64,000 nt of DNA. It comes from Balanoglossus misakiensis. Taxonomy: Eukaryota > Animalia > Hemichordata. Both the position numbers and the translations under genes were made by a program. Position 1 is the stretch's first letter, and the number at the start of each line of letters is the position of its first letter. The notes under the pieces were generated by a model. It made no database searches. It had not been told where the DNA came from and was given only the letters and a program-made list of their open reading frames with translations. Location of the stretch: assembly GCA_040954595.2 (NCBI GenBank), contig CM082580.2, positions 11,980,909-12,044,908 on the forward strand, given 5' to 3'. Of this stretch, positions 14,485-27,136 are shown piece by piece.

Positions 14485-16564
14485 CTACAGGAAGTGAATG
14501 AAAAATGATGTGACGTAGATGACTAAAACACCTGTAAGATTTAGGATACAAAAGGAGGCCGGTTTGCCTGCACTGGATGTGTTAGTTGGTTCTGTGTACT
14601 GGTTTGTTGTAGGTGAAGTGACAGTTGTGAGATCAGAATCATAATGCAGGACGCCAAAAACAGCATAATGATCCGAGAGATCTTTGATCCACTGTGTTCT
14701 GATGCAGTCATCAGAAAACGGATAGGTATATCCTGGATCAAGCAAACCCGATATTGTACACACAGGGAAAGGCTCCTTCTCCTTGTAGACCAAGACTTCC
14801 ATCGTTGCCAACTGAGGCTTGTAATGTTGGTTGCTATAGACAACGTAGTCCAGCCATTCGGATTCTCCGTTGTTGTTGTTCAAGTCGTTGTTTTCCCGAT
14901 CAAAAGTGACGTTAACATCACCGACAGTGGTTGGCAAGGTCGCATCTAGAGCATTGAGAACGGCCATCGAGTTTTGCTGATTGTTGATTCGGTCTGCGTT
15001 GAAGTCACCTGCGTAGATGACAGGTTCACCAATCGGAATGCTTTGATTCTGCATATGGTGATGCATCTCACCTGCTTGTTGGACGCGCACTGCATCGCGA
15101 CTGGCCCCAGCCTGGGCCTGCATGTGTGTACCAAAGAGGTGATACACTTGACTTTCTCCATCTACCGTTTTGTTGATTTTCGCATACATGACACCCTTAT
15201 TTGAGAGTTGGTCTGAAGTCGTTCTGTCCATGGCTTCGAAGATGTGCTCATCGTAGTGTGCAATTGGCCAGCGTGATGCGATGAAAACGCCGCCGGTCTC
15301 GGGTTGCGTTAGAGATCTTGAATCCACACCAACAGTCGGTGTACTGTGTGGGAATCCATGATAGATGAGCAGATCTCGCAGGGAAAGATCAAACGCAAAA
15401 CAGCCTCCCATGAACGCCTCGTTCCACACGATGGCATCAGCATCAAGCAAGCCGTCAAAAACGTGAAAAGGAATCCGACAAGTACGCTCCCTCTGTCCGC
15501 TCTGATAATAGAGATAACTCAACTCATAGATGTTATAACTGAGAACCTTGAATGTATGCAGTGGTGTTGGCTCAGGTAAAACTGCTGGTTGTGGTACTGC
15601 ACATAGGACTTTGGTCCCATTTTGACATGCTTCAGACCCTGCCTCGCCTTCCACATCACTGCAAACATATTCAAAACCATAGAGCTCACAGAATGTTGAA
15701 TTTTCCACACAAAATGGTGGGGATCCTGTTGAAAAATATAAAGTTTTAACAGACAATATATATCAACTTGGAAAATCACTGCAAATTTCGGAGCACAAAT
15801 CCAATCTCTACATACATAAAAATAATGCGAGACAAAAGATAAGTGAGCAACTTTGTCTCTTCAAGAAGGCTTACGATTACCTACCCAACCAGACAGTCAG
15901 TTGATCTGTTGCCGTATTATTTCCACATGGTGTCCCTGAAAACGAATAAAAGACAGTGCGGGTGATTTGTCATTTCCAGGGGACACGTACCAAAAAACAC
16001 CTGTTGAGCGATGCGCCGCCATCAACGATTGTGCGTTTTACGATATACTAGTAATTCTCTTCCATGCTCTTCATGGTTCCAGGAATGATCACCAGTCACC
16101 TACGCGCGACACTCGCGGTGTCGCCTGCTCAATTCATGGAAAGTTTCGAAACGTCCACTTTTTTCGGAACAAACCAACTTGTTAGCGATATTCTGAAACG
16201 ATTATATCAGTCTGTTGATTTGCTCCTTGTGATTATCTCTCTCTGGTAGATGAGGTACTGATATACATGAATTGTTGAACAGGCAACGGAGACTCGCATA
16301 TGAGATTCAGGGAGACAAAAATAAAGGCGATATACCATACTACAGTTTGCTTATCAGTCAGTAGATGCCTGTTACAGTCGTGGGTGTTAGAATGATCATC
16401 GGTCTTTCGAAACGTGAAATGAAACAAGTTGAAGGACTGATACTGTCCGACAGTACATCAACGTATTGGTCAGTCATCGTGATCATATTACCTTCTCGAA
16501 CCGTCACTCCCTCTGCGATGACTGACAAAAGTACAAGCAACAAGATTCCTCGAACTCGTCCCAT
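14485..16564 (-). CDS. Secreted, probably GPI-anchored sphingomyelinase C-like phosphodiesterase (EEP/DNase I superfamily); exons 16564-16492, 15935-15885, 15725-14485
   Basis: Signal peptide MGRVRGILLLVLLSVIAEG and two phase-1 GT-AG introns. Catalytic motifs SYNI, WNEAF, GGVFIASRWPI, LSNKGV, GTHMQA, GDFNA, WLDYV, DLSDHYAV. Thr-rich linker followed by a terminal hydrophobic stretch with no cytoplasmic tail. Confidence 0.85.
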
Positions 16565-17487
16565 TCTGACGGATTTCGTCTGTTTTGTATTGGTGACGAC
16601 TGACCTGGAGGAACAAACTGGGCGGATGCCTCTTTTGTGGACAATGATAAAGTCTGTATCGTTTGAGATTACGACAGAGATTCCACTATGCCATTCACGT
16701 GATCGTCAGATTTTGAGCCTAAAGGGCTTTATCCAGAACGTACGCGCGTACACAATCCACATCGTCAAAGTAAACTATATTTCACAGCACTGGACATGTG
16801 CTTATATAGAATAGGCCCAACATTTTCAATCTTGACTCAAACACTTTTCAAGTAGGCTAACTGAATACCCCTTTTTTCTGAAGTTCTTTCCAAGTATGGT
16901 AATTCAGTTAATAAGCAAATTGAAGATGTTTTATTCAACTTGCATTGCTTTTCCGAAAAACGTTCATAGGCTAGACATAGCCCAGACGTGCCCAGTTATC
17001 AATAGAAGCAAATTAATTAAATTGAATATAAATAGCAAACATATCAAATGTGCATATAGAATGGTACCTGCAATAACAAACTTCGAGCCACTTTTGAAAA
17101 GAAGTTAGAGGGTCTAATAGCGCGAATTTTTCAAATACCGTCAAAAGTTTTCCAATGATCAGCATTTAGGAAAGAAAAAGATATTTACCCTAAATGACAT
17201 GGCTTTTAGTATAGCCTGTCAAAATATTTTTTTCTCTGGTGAATGTTCACATTTTAAGAATTCAAACCAAAGATACTAGACCGATATACGCGAAAGTCGA
17301 TGGCTCGAAAGGTCTTAACTACGATCATCAATTGTTGACATCAAGAGTATACTGTAACTTAGTAAAAACTAATGTTTTTTGCAATAAATGCGCTTGCCCA
17401 GACAGGCAGCGTCGGACGCTACCAGTGGAGACGAAGATACCACAAACAAATAAACGGAAGTGACATGTCATAGACAACAAGGTAAAC

Positions 17488-18565
17488 ATGGCGGATTGGG
17501 GAAAGAAACGCAACGGTGAGTACGTTTACTGTTTACCGCTGTATATATGCGATTCAGAAATATTTATCGCTGTGCCGTTGTTCTATTATGTTTCATGTAC
17601 GTGCCGTGTGAGATTATAGTGAGCTGCTGTTTCATTGGTCTATCTAACCGGTCGTCATGTGGACGGTGCGTGAACATTGTTTTTCTCACTGCTGTTACCA
17701 CCTACGTCACGGAGCTAAATCCGCTATGAAAAGGCACAAGTGCCTTCCGATCTGCGCATTTGCCACGCGGAAGCTTTGCCTGCTAACTCCGTGAATTTTG
17801 CCGCCCCTCCCCACCATGTCTGACCCATCTCTTTCGCCCTCAGGACGGGGGGCTGTCACAACAGAGGATATGTTAGAAGCAGAAAACAACAGAATCAGTG
17901 AAAACTTATCAACGAAAGTATCTCAGCTGAAATCGGTAAGTTTTTGCGGTTTAGTAAAAAATTATGCCGAGTGGATGCAGTTTTCCAGACACTAGGGACG
18001 TTTTGACAGTTTCTACAGCCTTTCATTTGCACAAACCAGTCAAGGTTGAATCCCAACCACAGTCACTCCACAAACCGTGTCCCAACATAGCTTAGGTAGC
18101 TGGTTCTGTATTGTCCCATTAACACACATCTGCCATGTTGAATTATGAAGTGAATTGTGGCCTCTGGGGAACAAGAATTTCATTTGTCGTTTCATTTGCA
18201 TTACAGATAGCTCTTGACATCCAAGAAGAAACAGAAGAACAAAATAGATATCTCAATGGCATGGTAAGTAGACTTATTTGTTGTTAATCAGGTGTTCAAA
18301 GATCATCTGTTTATAACCATTTACTTGAAATGCAAGTAATTCTGTCCATCTTATATAAACTAATTCTCTGTTTTTGTTTCCTTGTTGGCAGGACAATGAA
18401 TTTGACAGTACAGAAGGACTGCTGAGTGGTAGTTTCAAGAGAGTCCAAGGAATGATACAGTCGGGAAGAGGAAACCGAAAACTTATGTGTTACATCACAC
18501 TTTTCCTGGTGGCCTTCTTCTTCATAGCATACTTGTTGATGGAGAAAGTACTGACCAGGCCGTAG
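17488..18565 (+). CDS. BET1L: BET1-like Golgi Qc-SNARE (GS15), 4 exons
   Basis: MADWGKKRNG|RGAVTTEDMLEAENNRISENLSTKVSQLKS|IALDIQEETEEQNRYLNGM|DNEFDSTEGLLSGSFKRV...GNRKLMCYITLFLVAFFFIAYLL: a SNARE motif plus C-terminal TM helix that closely parallels human BET1L. Confidence 0.93.
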
Positions 18566-18667
18566 ATGTCGCGTTGTCATTTCTTCATCAAATGTTGTTT
18601 TCCACCAAGACTGTGAAACATCTGCAAAGGATAGTTCTATTTGCTGGCAAGACAACATTGACTTTGT

Positions 18668-18724
<57 letters not shown>
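18668..18724 (+). repeat. (ATC)n microsatellite, about 19 units, downstream of the BET1L stop (probable 3' UTR)
   Basis: Perfect ATC/CAT triplet run visible in the sequence. Confidence 0.97.
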
Positions 18725-19581
18725 TCTGACTTTGCTGTATGGTCTTACATACAGAGTTACTATGTACAGCTGTGTACGTGGTGTGAAGAGACTATCATAG
18801 TCAAAATGGACTAGCCAGCTGTCATACTATACTATTCTCGTGTAAATACCCTGAACAGTGTTTTTTGCCACTTTGTGTGTGGTAAAACAACAAACGAAGG
18901 GACCATTCTGTTGAAACTCAGTAGAGTTACATTATGTCAACACTCAAGGCATGATGGACTAACTCTGTCTTCTTTCTTTAGTTGTATTTATTTGTCACTG
19001 GCCAAAAAAGACAAGAAGGCTGGAATATACAGAGCTAACCCTAATGAAAGTCACAGACAAACTCAATGGCAGTCCAGTTACCCATTCACTGGCTCCATAC
19101 ATCTGTGAACTTCTGATTCTACGATATTGCACTTACCGTAACTTATGTTGTTTCCGAATACAGGCTATTTAGCGCCTCTAAGATCAACTCTGCATCCTGA
19201 TCCAATGGTGTAGACAGGCCTGTTCTGGTTATTATAAATGAGTCACTGTCATATTGCAGTTCTCGCAATTCAAATGATTTCAAATCGGTCATCGCTGTAA
19301 ATCAGTATTCACTAACATACAGTAGGTAGGGTCCTCAATTATATTGATTTGCAAGAACTTCTTCATTGAAGTTCTAGTATCTTATAATATTTACATACTC
19401 CTGATGTATTGCCAACTTTTTGTAGCATAGAATTAAAGTCAATAATGGATGAATCTTATCGATTTCAAACTCTGCTTTTCTGTATTCATGATCCGACAGA
19501 ATTAGCAACAAAAATACATCCACAAAGGCACTTAATAATCCGAGGGTCCGGTCCATGGGACATATTGAATGACTCCAAATG

Positions 19582-21715
19582 CTAAACATTTGTGCAAAGA
19601 GACTGATTGAAGCCCCAGTGTTCAATCTCTTGAGCGTAGTGTCCTGTTAAGTCCAGTCCAATCACACCACAATATAAGAGTTTGAGAATGTACATTTTTT
19701 CATCGTTCCAAGAATGAGAACCATCCCTGGGCACTCCCAACACGCCTGGTCTGTAATAGTGTACTTGGAAGTTGATGTCGTAGCCATACCCAGTGATGTC
19801 CACGTGGTCGCAGTAATGTAGCGCCATAACCAAGGCAACCAATCCACAGGACGGCTTTTTCTGCATGAAAACATAAAATATACCCATTACTGTTGTGTCT
19901 CCTAAAATTACCCAGTCGTAGGCATGCCGGAGCGCCCGCACACGACTGAATCTTTCAGTCTATATGCTATATACAACGTCGATTAGAAAAAAAAATACTT
20001 GGCTCACCCGACTTAATAGATGCTGATGTTTACTCTCATTATGAATCCCAGGACTGATTATACGATAGTGATTTGGTGGAATGTCAAAAGTCCTTGCGAC
20101 TGACTTCCAGAATGATAAGTTTAACGCCATTGGGTCCTCCTAAAAGAAAGATGAGATGATTGGCTGGTTAGGATGTGTCCATGTTTGAAGATGTCATCCA
20201 ACAAAATACGGCTAGGTACTAGACTAGATGAGGACATGTCCCTAGGGATCACCCCAAATATCTAGGCCTATGTCCCTTATTTGGAAATCATGGGTCACCA
20301 ATATACCTTTTTGAGAATTGCCTCCAACCACCTGATATCGCTGGGTTTGTATGCTAGAAGAAGCAAATCCGTATCGTTCTCGTAGCGAGAAACATTGAAT
20401 GTTGAACTTTCCGGGTATATCACTCTGAAGGTTGTCTTCGTGCCTAAATCCGCTTCGTATTCCTCTATTGGTGCGTCGTTCATTCTGACGAGAAATTGAC
20501 AGAGCAGAGAATAGAACATCATCAAAAATACATAACCCCGGTACTTATGTTTGGAAAGTAGAGAGGCATAAAGCAAGAATTCTGTACTCTCATATGGTCG
20601 TTTCAATTGGACATCTCGGCAACTTGTAAACGCGCCCGGTCCTCGAAATAAAAATGAAGGGACTTTGTCAGTGCGCAAGAAATTTCGTCCTATGAAAGTC
20701 GATTGCCTTTGTCTGTGTCTATGGATAGCCCAATCGGTGGCAATATTAACATAAATACGTACCGAAAGACAACATCGTAATCGTTAATGACTTTTCCCAG
20801 TCTTCTGCCAAGGCTTATTCCTGAGTTTCCGATTAAAATACAACGCCTACAAACTTCATTCCTGACTCTGAGAAGAAAGGGAATTGCATGCTCGTTTAGT
20901 TCGTTGAAATCAGCAGAAATCACAAAAAATGATAACTTGGTAGAACAATGGCCAAGTTGTTCAATAAGATGTATATTATGTATACCTATGTTACGGATTG
21001 TCATGGATGGCTGCCAACCTTTTTCGGCGAAATTTTGAAATTATAATAGTGTTCATAAAACTCACCCAAATCGGTCTGGCTGTCCAGCCGCTGGCAAAAG
21101 TGTCAATACACGATTTATAGTGTCTTCCCATAAAAGAAAACAAAATGTATTTGTTAGTTTTTCGGGTCACTTTGGTTTGTCCGAGTCTGTTTGTCCGTCT
21201 ACTAGTATCTGAATTAACGAAGACAAAAATTAACGAAAAGATGAAACTAATCACCCGGGTCTTCATATCCAAAGGGATATTTGGAGTTGGTTAAATCTCT
21301 CCAGTGTTCGTAGCCTGGCTCCAGGAATAGATGTGCTTCGCGGGCAAATCTAAAGACGCAATGGAACACACAAACTAAATAAAGATGGCACTTATACTAT
21401 GACAGAACTTTGTGATCTCTGTGTGTGAGTACAAATGTACATTAATACATTGAATGTGAAACATATATAATCACCGGTATTTGTAACTTACTCTGGAATC
21501 AGCCTTGAAATTCGTTTCTGCGCATATCCTTTCGTGCATCTCCTATTGGGCGTCCTGTGCATATATGGACTAATGGACGGAATTACAAGATCACGGGTGT
21601 CATAAAATGACAGGAGTCTTTTTCTGTCGAAGATTTTTCTTGTATTCGAGTTAAGATACAGAATCGTTACGATAGTGGACAGCGTAATACAAATGAATGC
21701 TCTTCTCGTGAACAT
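19582..21715 (-). CDS. Alpha-2,3-sialyltransferase (GT29, ST3Gal III/IV/V/VI-like), copy A, 7 coding exons
   Basis: Type II N-terminal TM (AFICITLSTIVTILYL). Sialylmotif L CRRCILIGNSG...DVVFR|MNDAPIEEYEADLGTKTTFR, motif S PSCGLVALVMALHYCDHVDITGYG, motif III HYY, motif VS HSWNDE. Exon phases are compatible. Confidence 0.9.
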
Positions 21716-24473
21716 TTGGTGTCGCGCCCTCTCAGCCTGAAATACACAAACATTATGGAACTAGGCTTATCCCCTTTATAAAACATACTTGTAATAGAAA
21801 GAGCAAAATCGGCATAAAAAATACAGAATCGCCTACCATTTTGTTATTTGCATCCTCATGAATAACGTGACCCTTCTTCCTGCTTTGAAAGGGGAAAATG
21901 TGATGCATATATTAAACATAATACATGTAGGGAGACTGAATAAAATAAAAGTGTGAACCGACGTGTGTCGAGCCGCATGGATCACAGTCACAGTCACAGG
22001 CATATAATCGATTTTTGAGATTTTCACTGAAGATCAACGTTATTACACGCGTAATTCATACATGTATATGTTGAAAACAAACACTACTGACAAGTATGTA
22101 ATTTATCGCGGACGTATGGTTGAGGTGGTACTTACACAAAGCCGAAAAAATTCACAATTGAAAATGGGGTTTGGGGGGGCTCCACACAGCCAATGAAACA
22201 TAGAAAGCTTACTTACTATGACGCTGTAGAAGGTGGTCCACACGTTAAAGAAGATAACATCCAACAACCAAGCTTACACGTACACTTTCCACATATAAAT
22301 GTTATTCTCAGGAAAGGTCATTCCAGATTTATTTTATGTTGCGGAAAGCAATTAATAACACCTGTTACCGCGATTATAGTCGTCGCTGGTCTATACACAG
22401 GGAAAAAGAACATTTTAGTGTGACACAGTCATGTATCTTATAACATCATACGCGTAAAAGGGAAGTCCTACAAATATTATGATTCTTTTCAGTCTTCAGT
22501 TACATGTTCATATACTTATGCATATTCAAATCCCTGACAATAGAAAGACTCACCTGTCTACGGCCCAATCATTGATTCCGTGCATATCGTTGTCGTGCAT
22601 TGGTACGTTCAGCTTGCTTGATACAGATGGTTGAGAATTCAGTATTGCGTAACACTTAGGACAAGGAAATGAAAGTAACGATATGAATCAAGTCTTACAA
22701 ACGAAATACACTTGATTCTTGCCCCATTTGGGCTTTCAGCGCTATATAGCGCCGCACACCTACAATTCTACAGATTTACGAAGGCAATACATGTACGTAC
22801 AAGAGTAGACTGATAGCTTGGTCGCTTGCGGCGCTCTCCTTGGATTTATACTCTGCCAGAAGTATTGTACATGTACACCAATCACAGTCAGAAACGTGAA
22901 AGTTGTATATTAAGGCCAAACGGATTTGTTGAGCCGGTGTATAGAGAAAACACATGATACAGTTTAATGTCCATATCTTAGCAAACAAACTAGGTATAAC
23001 ACCACTGGAACAACTTTGTAAAAATAAGATTTTGAAAACAGCCTGAAAATAGTTTACATTGCACTGTGCTACTCGATTAATTGTGTAAAACAAACCTCTG
23101 CAATTCTTATATTTATTACTGAAAAACAAGCAATGTGCACAAAATGTCAATGCAGTTTCAGAGCATTCAATTGATTTATAAAACCTTGCTTGAAAATAAG
23201 CAATTTTTGCAATTCATTATATATTGTTTGTATTTACTATATTGGCAACTATAGTTTTATAAAGGTTTTAGTCAACCTGCCATACCAAAGGAAGTACGAG
23301 GATGTAAGGTCATTAATAATATATGGCCTATTCTTGTAAGTAGTTCATCAACAGGTGCATCGTGAGGCGCATTATATCTTATGTACTTTTATACTATTGG
23401 GTAATACAAAACTTGTGTGATTATTCATTATTTAATATGAATAAATATACATTTGTACTCTGCATAGAAAAGTTAAATTGATATTTCTGTGGGTTTTGTT
23501 TTACCAAGGTCGTTCACGGACTGACCTCATAGTCAAAACAAGAACTCATGCCGTCCGAAAACTTTTACATTTGTGTTGGTTATTTTCACGCAACATATGT
23601 AGATTGCAAGCTGACTGTTTTTAGCTTGTTAGCAGCTGTTCTTACCAGTGTATAAATCTGCAATTGGAGAAAACGTTAGTGTAGTCTCTACACTGATGTG
23701 ACAATATTTGTTTTTAACTTTCGGTACCTCACCTTGAAAGTAAAATGTTGTTGCCAACTTTGATAGCTTACAGAAGGTACATTAAGATTCACAACTTGAT
23801 TCACGTTTTCAAACTCGGAAGCAGATGACGTCGATGCGGTGTCATAGAGCCACCACGCGATAAACCGCATTGTTTTACGTCATCATCCCGCAAATAGGAA
23901 GACAGGTTACTTGTTGAAGTACTACAGAAGCCTTCTTACCATAGAGAGGAAAGAGAAATGGATATATAATCATTGATATAAAAGTTCAGAGCTGCGTGCA
24001 CGAGGGAGAACCAATAAGTACTGCAGGTGCACGAGGACCGGAGTCGTGCAAATCTCCTCTCCCATTCAACCTCTGTGAGCATGTCTGGCCACGCAAAGTC
24101 CATTGCATGTATAGTCCGCAACCGCGTAAAAAACCAGCGCCTCTCATTCTTATTGTGAGCTGTCGACTAACATTTCACCTCTTCGATGGGGTCGGAATTT
24201 GCACATCCACTTAACCGTTATCTACGGTGAGGTCGGTTCATCAAAATGAGTACATTCGTTTCCATGTTACGACACATTAGTGAAGGCACTCGATGTCTTT
24301 TTTTCGTGGGTTTGGTCAAGTTCATAAAAAGAACAGGACAACCTGGTTACAATCAGCTGAAGACATACGCCCCTGTCCTATAAATTGCTGCGGAGAGGAA
24401 CAGCAGAATGAGAACGGCAGAAACACAGCTTATCTTTACAGCTGATGTTAATCAGGTTGTATGGCGGCCTGGG

Positions 24474-27136
24474 TTAAGCCTTCGTACAGTTTGACGGACT
24501 GAACCCCCAGCGTTTAGCCTCTTTGGCATAGTGTCCCGATAGGTCCTGTCCAATCACACCGCAGTATAACAGTTTGAGAATGTACAGTTTTTCGTCGTTC
24601 CAAGAATGGACGCTTCCCTGGGGCACTCCCGATACGCCCGGTTTGTAGTAATGTACTGGGAATTTGATGTCGTAGCCATACCCCGTGATATCCACGTGAT
24701 CGCAGTAATGTAGCGCCATAACCAAGGCAACCAATCCACAGGACGGTCTTCTCTGGAATTGAAAGCAAAATCGATGAGTTATTATGAACATCTCAGGTCA
24801 AACATGTCTCTTGGTTTAGCCTCATATTTGTAACGGAGTCTGTATTTCAGTTGGTGACATTGCTATCTATTCCACAATAAGCAGGTGTATTCCTACCTTA
24901 GCTTCCAGATGTAGATGCAGGCTTTCATCATGAAGTCCCGGATTGACTATACGTATGTGATTTGATGGTATAACCAGCCTCTTTGAAACCGACTTCCAGA
25001 ATTTTAACTTCAGCTTTGTTGGGTCCTGCTACAGGAAACAGTAAACACGTACATTTCGTACTGTAGTATTTTTAAAAGTCTTATAATTGCATGTATCGGC
25101 ATAGGTCTACTGTCTATGGTATCGGTTAGCTCACGCTTAAACCATGTACTTTTTGTATCACATTTTTGCTTTCGTTTTATCACAGTCACTTCATTGAATA
25201 GAATACCATTCCCGGTATAGTCTGTCGCTCTATGCAATGCTACAGGTTTTGATAGCGCCTCCACCACGCCAGATTATTATCACGTCCGTTAATTGAAAAC
25301 CATGAGTGGCCAACTTACCTTTTTGAGAACTGCCTCCAACCACAGTATATCTTGGGATTTATAAATTAAAAACAGAATATCCGTATCATTTTCGTACCCA
25401 GAAACTTTGTATGTCGAGCTTTCCGGGTAAATCATTCTGAAGGTTGTCTTGGTCCCTAGATCTGCTTCATATTTGACTACAGGTGCATCGTTCATTCTAA
25501 GAGAGACAAGAATAAGAGAGTAATGTATACCGCGGATCCATGCAATATTGCGTTGGATAAAATAAACACAGTAAGGATTCACTACACCACATCCATCGAA
25601 TAACACTAAGTATGTACCGGATGACAACATCGTAACCGTTGATCACTTGTCCCAGTCTTTTTCCAAGGCTAACTCCAGAATTACCGATCAAAATGCAACG
25701 CCTACAAACTTCATTTCTGTCCCTGTGAAGAAAGTAGAACGCATAATGTAAATGAAATCAGCAGACGTGTAGAGAACGCAACTTTCATGGACTCCTGACA
25801 AATGTTTCCTCAGATTTTGGACGACTGCTCTTACTAGGGATCGGTTGTCACAAAATCTCAGTTGAAGTCCCCCGACCACTATCGCGATGTGCTAAAAACG
25901 TCGATTGTATATTAACATCGACATCCTCTGGCAAAAATAAGTCAAAGGGGATGAAAAGGGGATGAAAAAACTCACCCAAACCGATCTGGCCGACCAGCAG
26001 CTGGCATAAGCTTCAATACCTGATCTAGGATTTCTTAAACAAAAACAGGAACAAACACAGAGTATTTGTCATTTAATCGGCTTTGTAAATGTCAAGTGAA
26101 ACTCAGAACATGACGAGAATATCAACTGAAAAAAAGTCATTATCTACCAGAAGACTATAGACAACAATAATAACACAACAAAAATATTCTCCCTTATACA
26201 ATGCATCGGTATTCTCCCAAAGGCTAATTCTTTACAACCCGCTTTACCATACACAGCTGATCATTCGAAATAACCGGACTCGAAAAATATAAAAAGTAAG
26301 ATACACACTGCAGACTAACACGTGACATATATGTCGCATTACCTGTGTCTTCGTATCCATAAGGATATTTGCCCTTTCTCAAATCTTTCCATTCTTTGTA
26401 GCCTGGTCCCAGAAACAGGTGTGCGTCAGGGGAAAATCTACAGGTAAAAGGTTGAAAGGTAAAAGTACTGATAACATAGTTGGCACTCAGTTTGGTACAA
26501 CGCCATAGCGTGCAATGCATGGTTTATGATACGGTTATATTGCTATGCTATCAGATAGTTATAATATAAGTATTTGATGTGGCACACAATAAAACACCTG
26601 GTGAGACTTACTCCGGTATCAACTGTGAAATTTGTTTTTGCAGATATCCCTTCACGCATGTCGTACTGGTTGGTGTTGGATGGGTTGTGGTTTCTTTAAC
26701 TGTGTTGTTTTCCCCTCCGCCGTCCGAAGAAGTGTTCTTGGCAGCACTGAAATGAAGTGCAGAGTATGGCTGTGTCAGACATTTCTCTGAGAAGCAAAGC
26801 GAAACTCCACTGTTTCTGTCCTTGTCGTTGTATCTGTACAATTTCCCCGCTTGTTGTGGTCGTTTTTTCTATGTTATCCACAAGGTTCCTAATGATGAGT
26901 GCCAATACTGAGACGCACGCCCTTTTCACAAAGAAATACCCGTATGAGACTCACCCGATTGCAGGCGCCGCAGTTCTGTACACAGGTGGACTACTGGAAG
27001 GGGTCACGTGGTCATGGGTGACACCAATTGACAGGAACCTTTTCGCGTCGTAGATTTTCAATGTATGCAGGTAGAGACACAGGAGCGAGACGAAGGTGAA
27101 CAGCGCAATCCCAATGAATGCTTTCCTCTTCAACAT
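24474..27136 (-). CDS. Alpha-2,3-sialyltransferase (GT29, ST3Gal-like), copy B, tandem paralogue, 8 coding exons
   Basis: MLKRKAFIGIALFTFVSLLCLYL TM, the same sialylmotifs L/S/III/VS and the same intron positions as copy A in the catalytic domain; one extra intron at 26954-26747 in the stem. Confidence 0.9.

Noticed and set aside
15960-16260. GC-richer segment in SMase intron 1 as an extra coding exon
   Set aside because: The minus-strand frames compatible with the splice sites I tested contain stops.
18487-18729. ORF ending in poly-His
   Set aside because: It is the (CAT)n microsatellite read out of frame across the BET1L last exon and 3' UTR.
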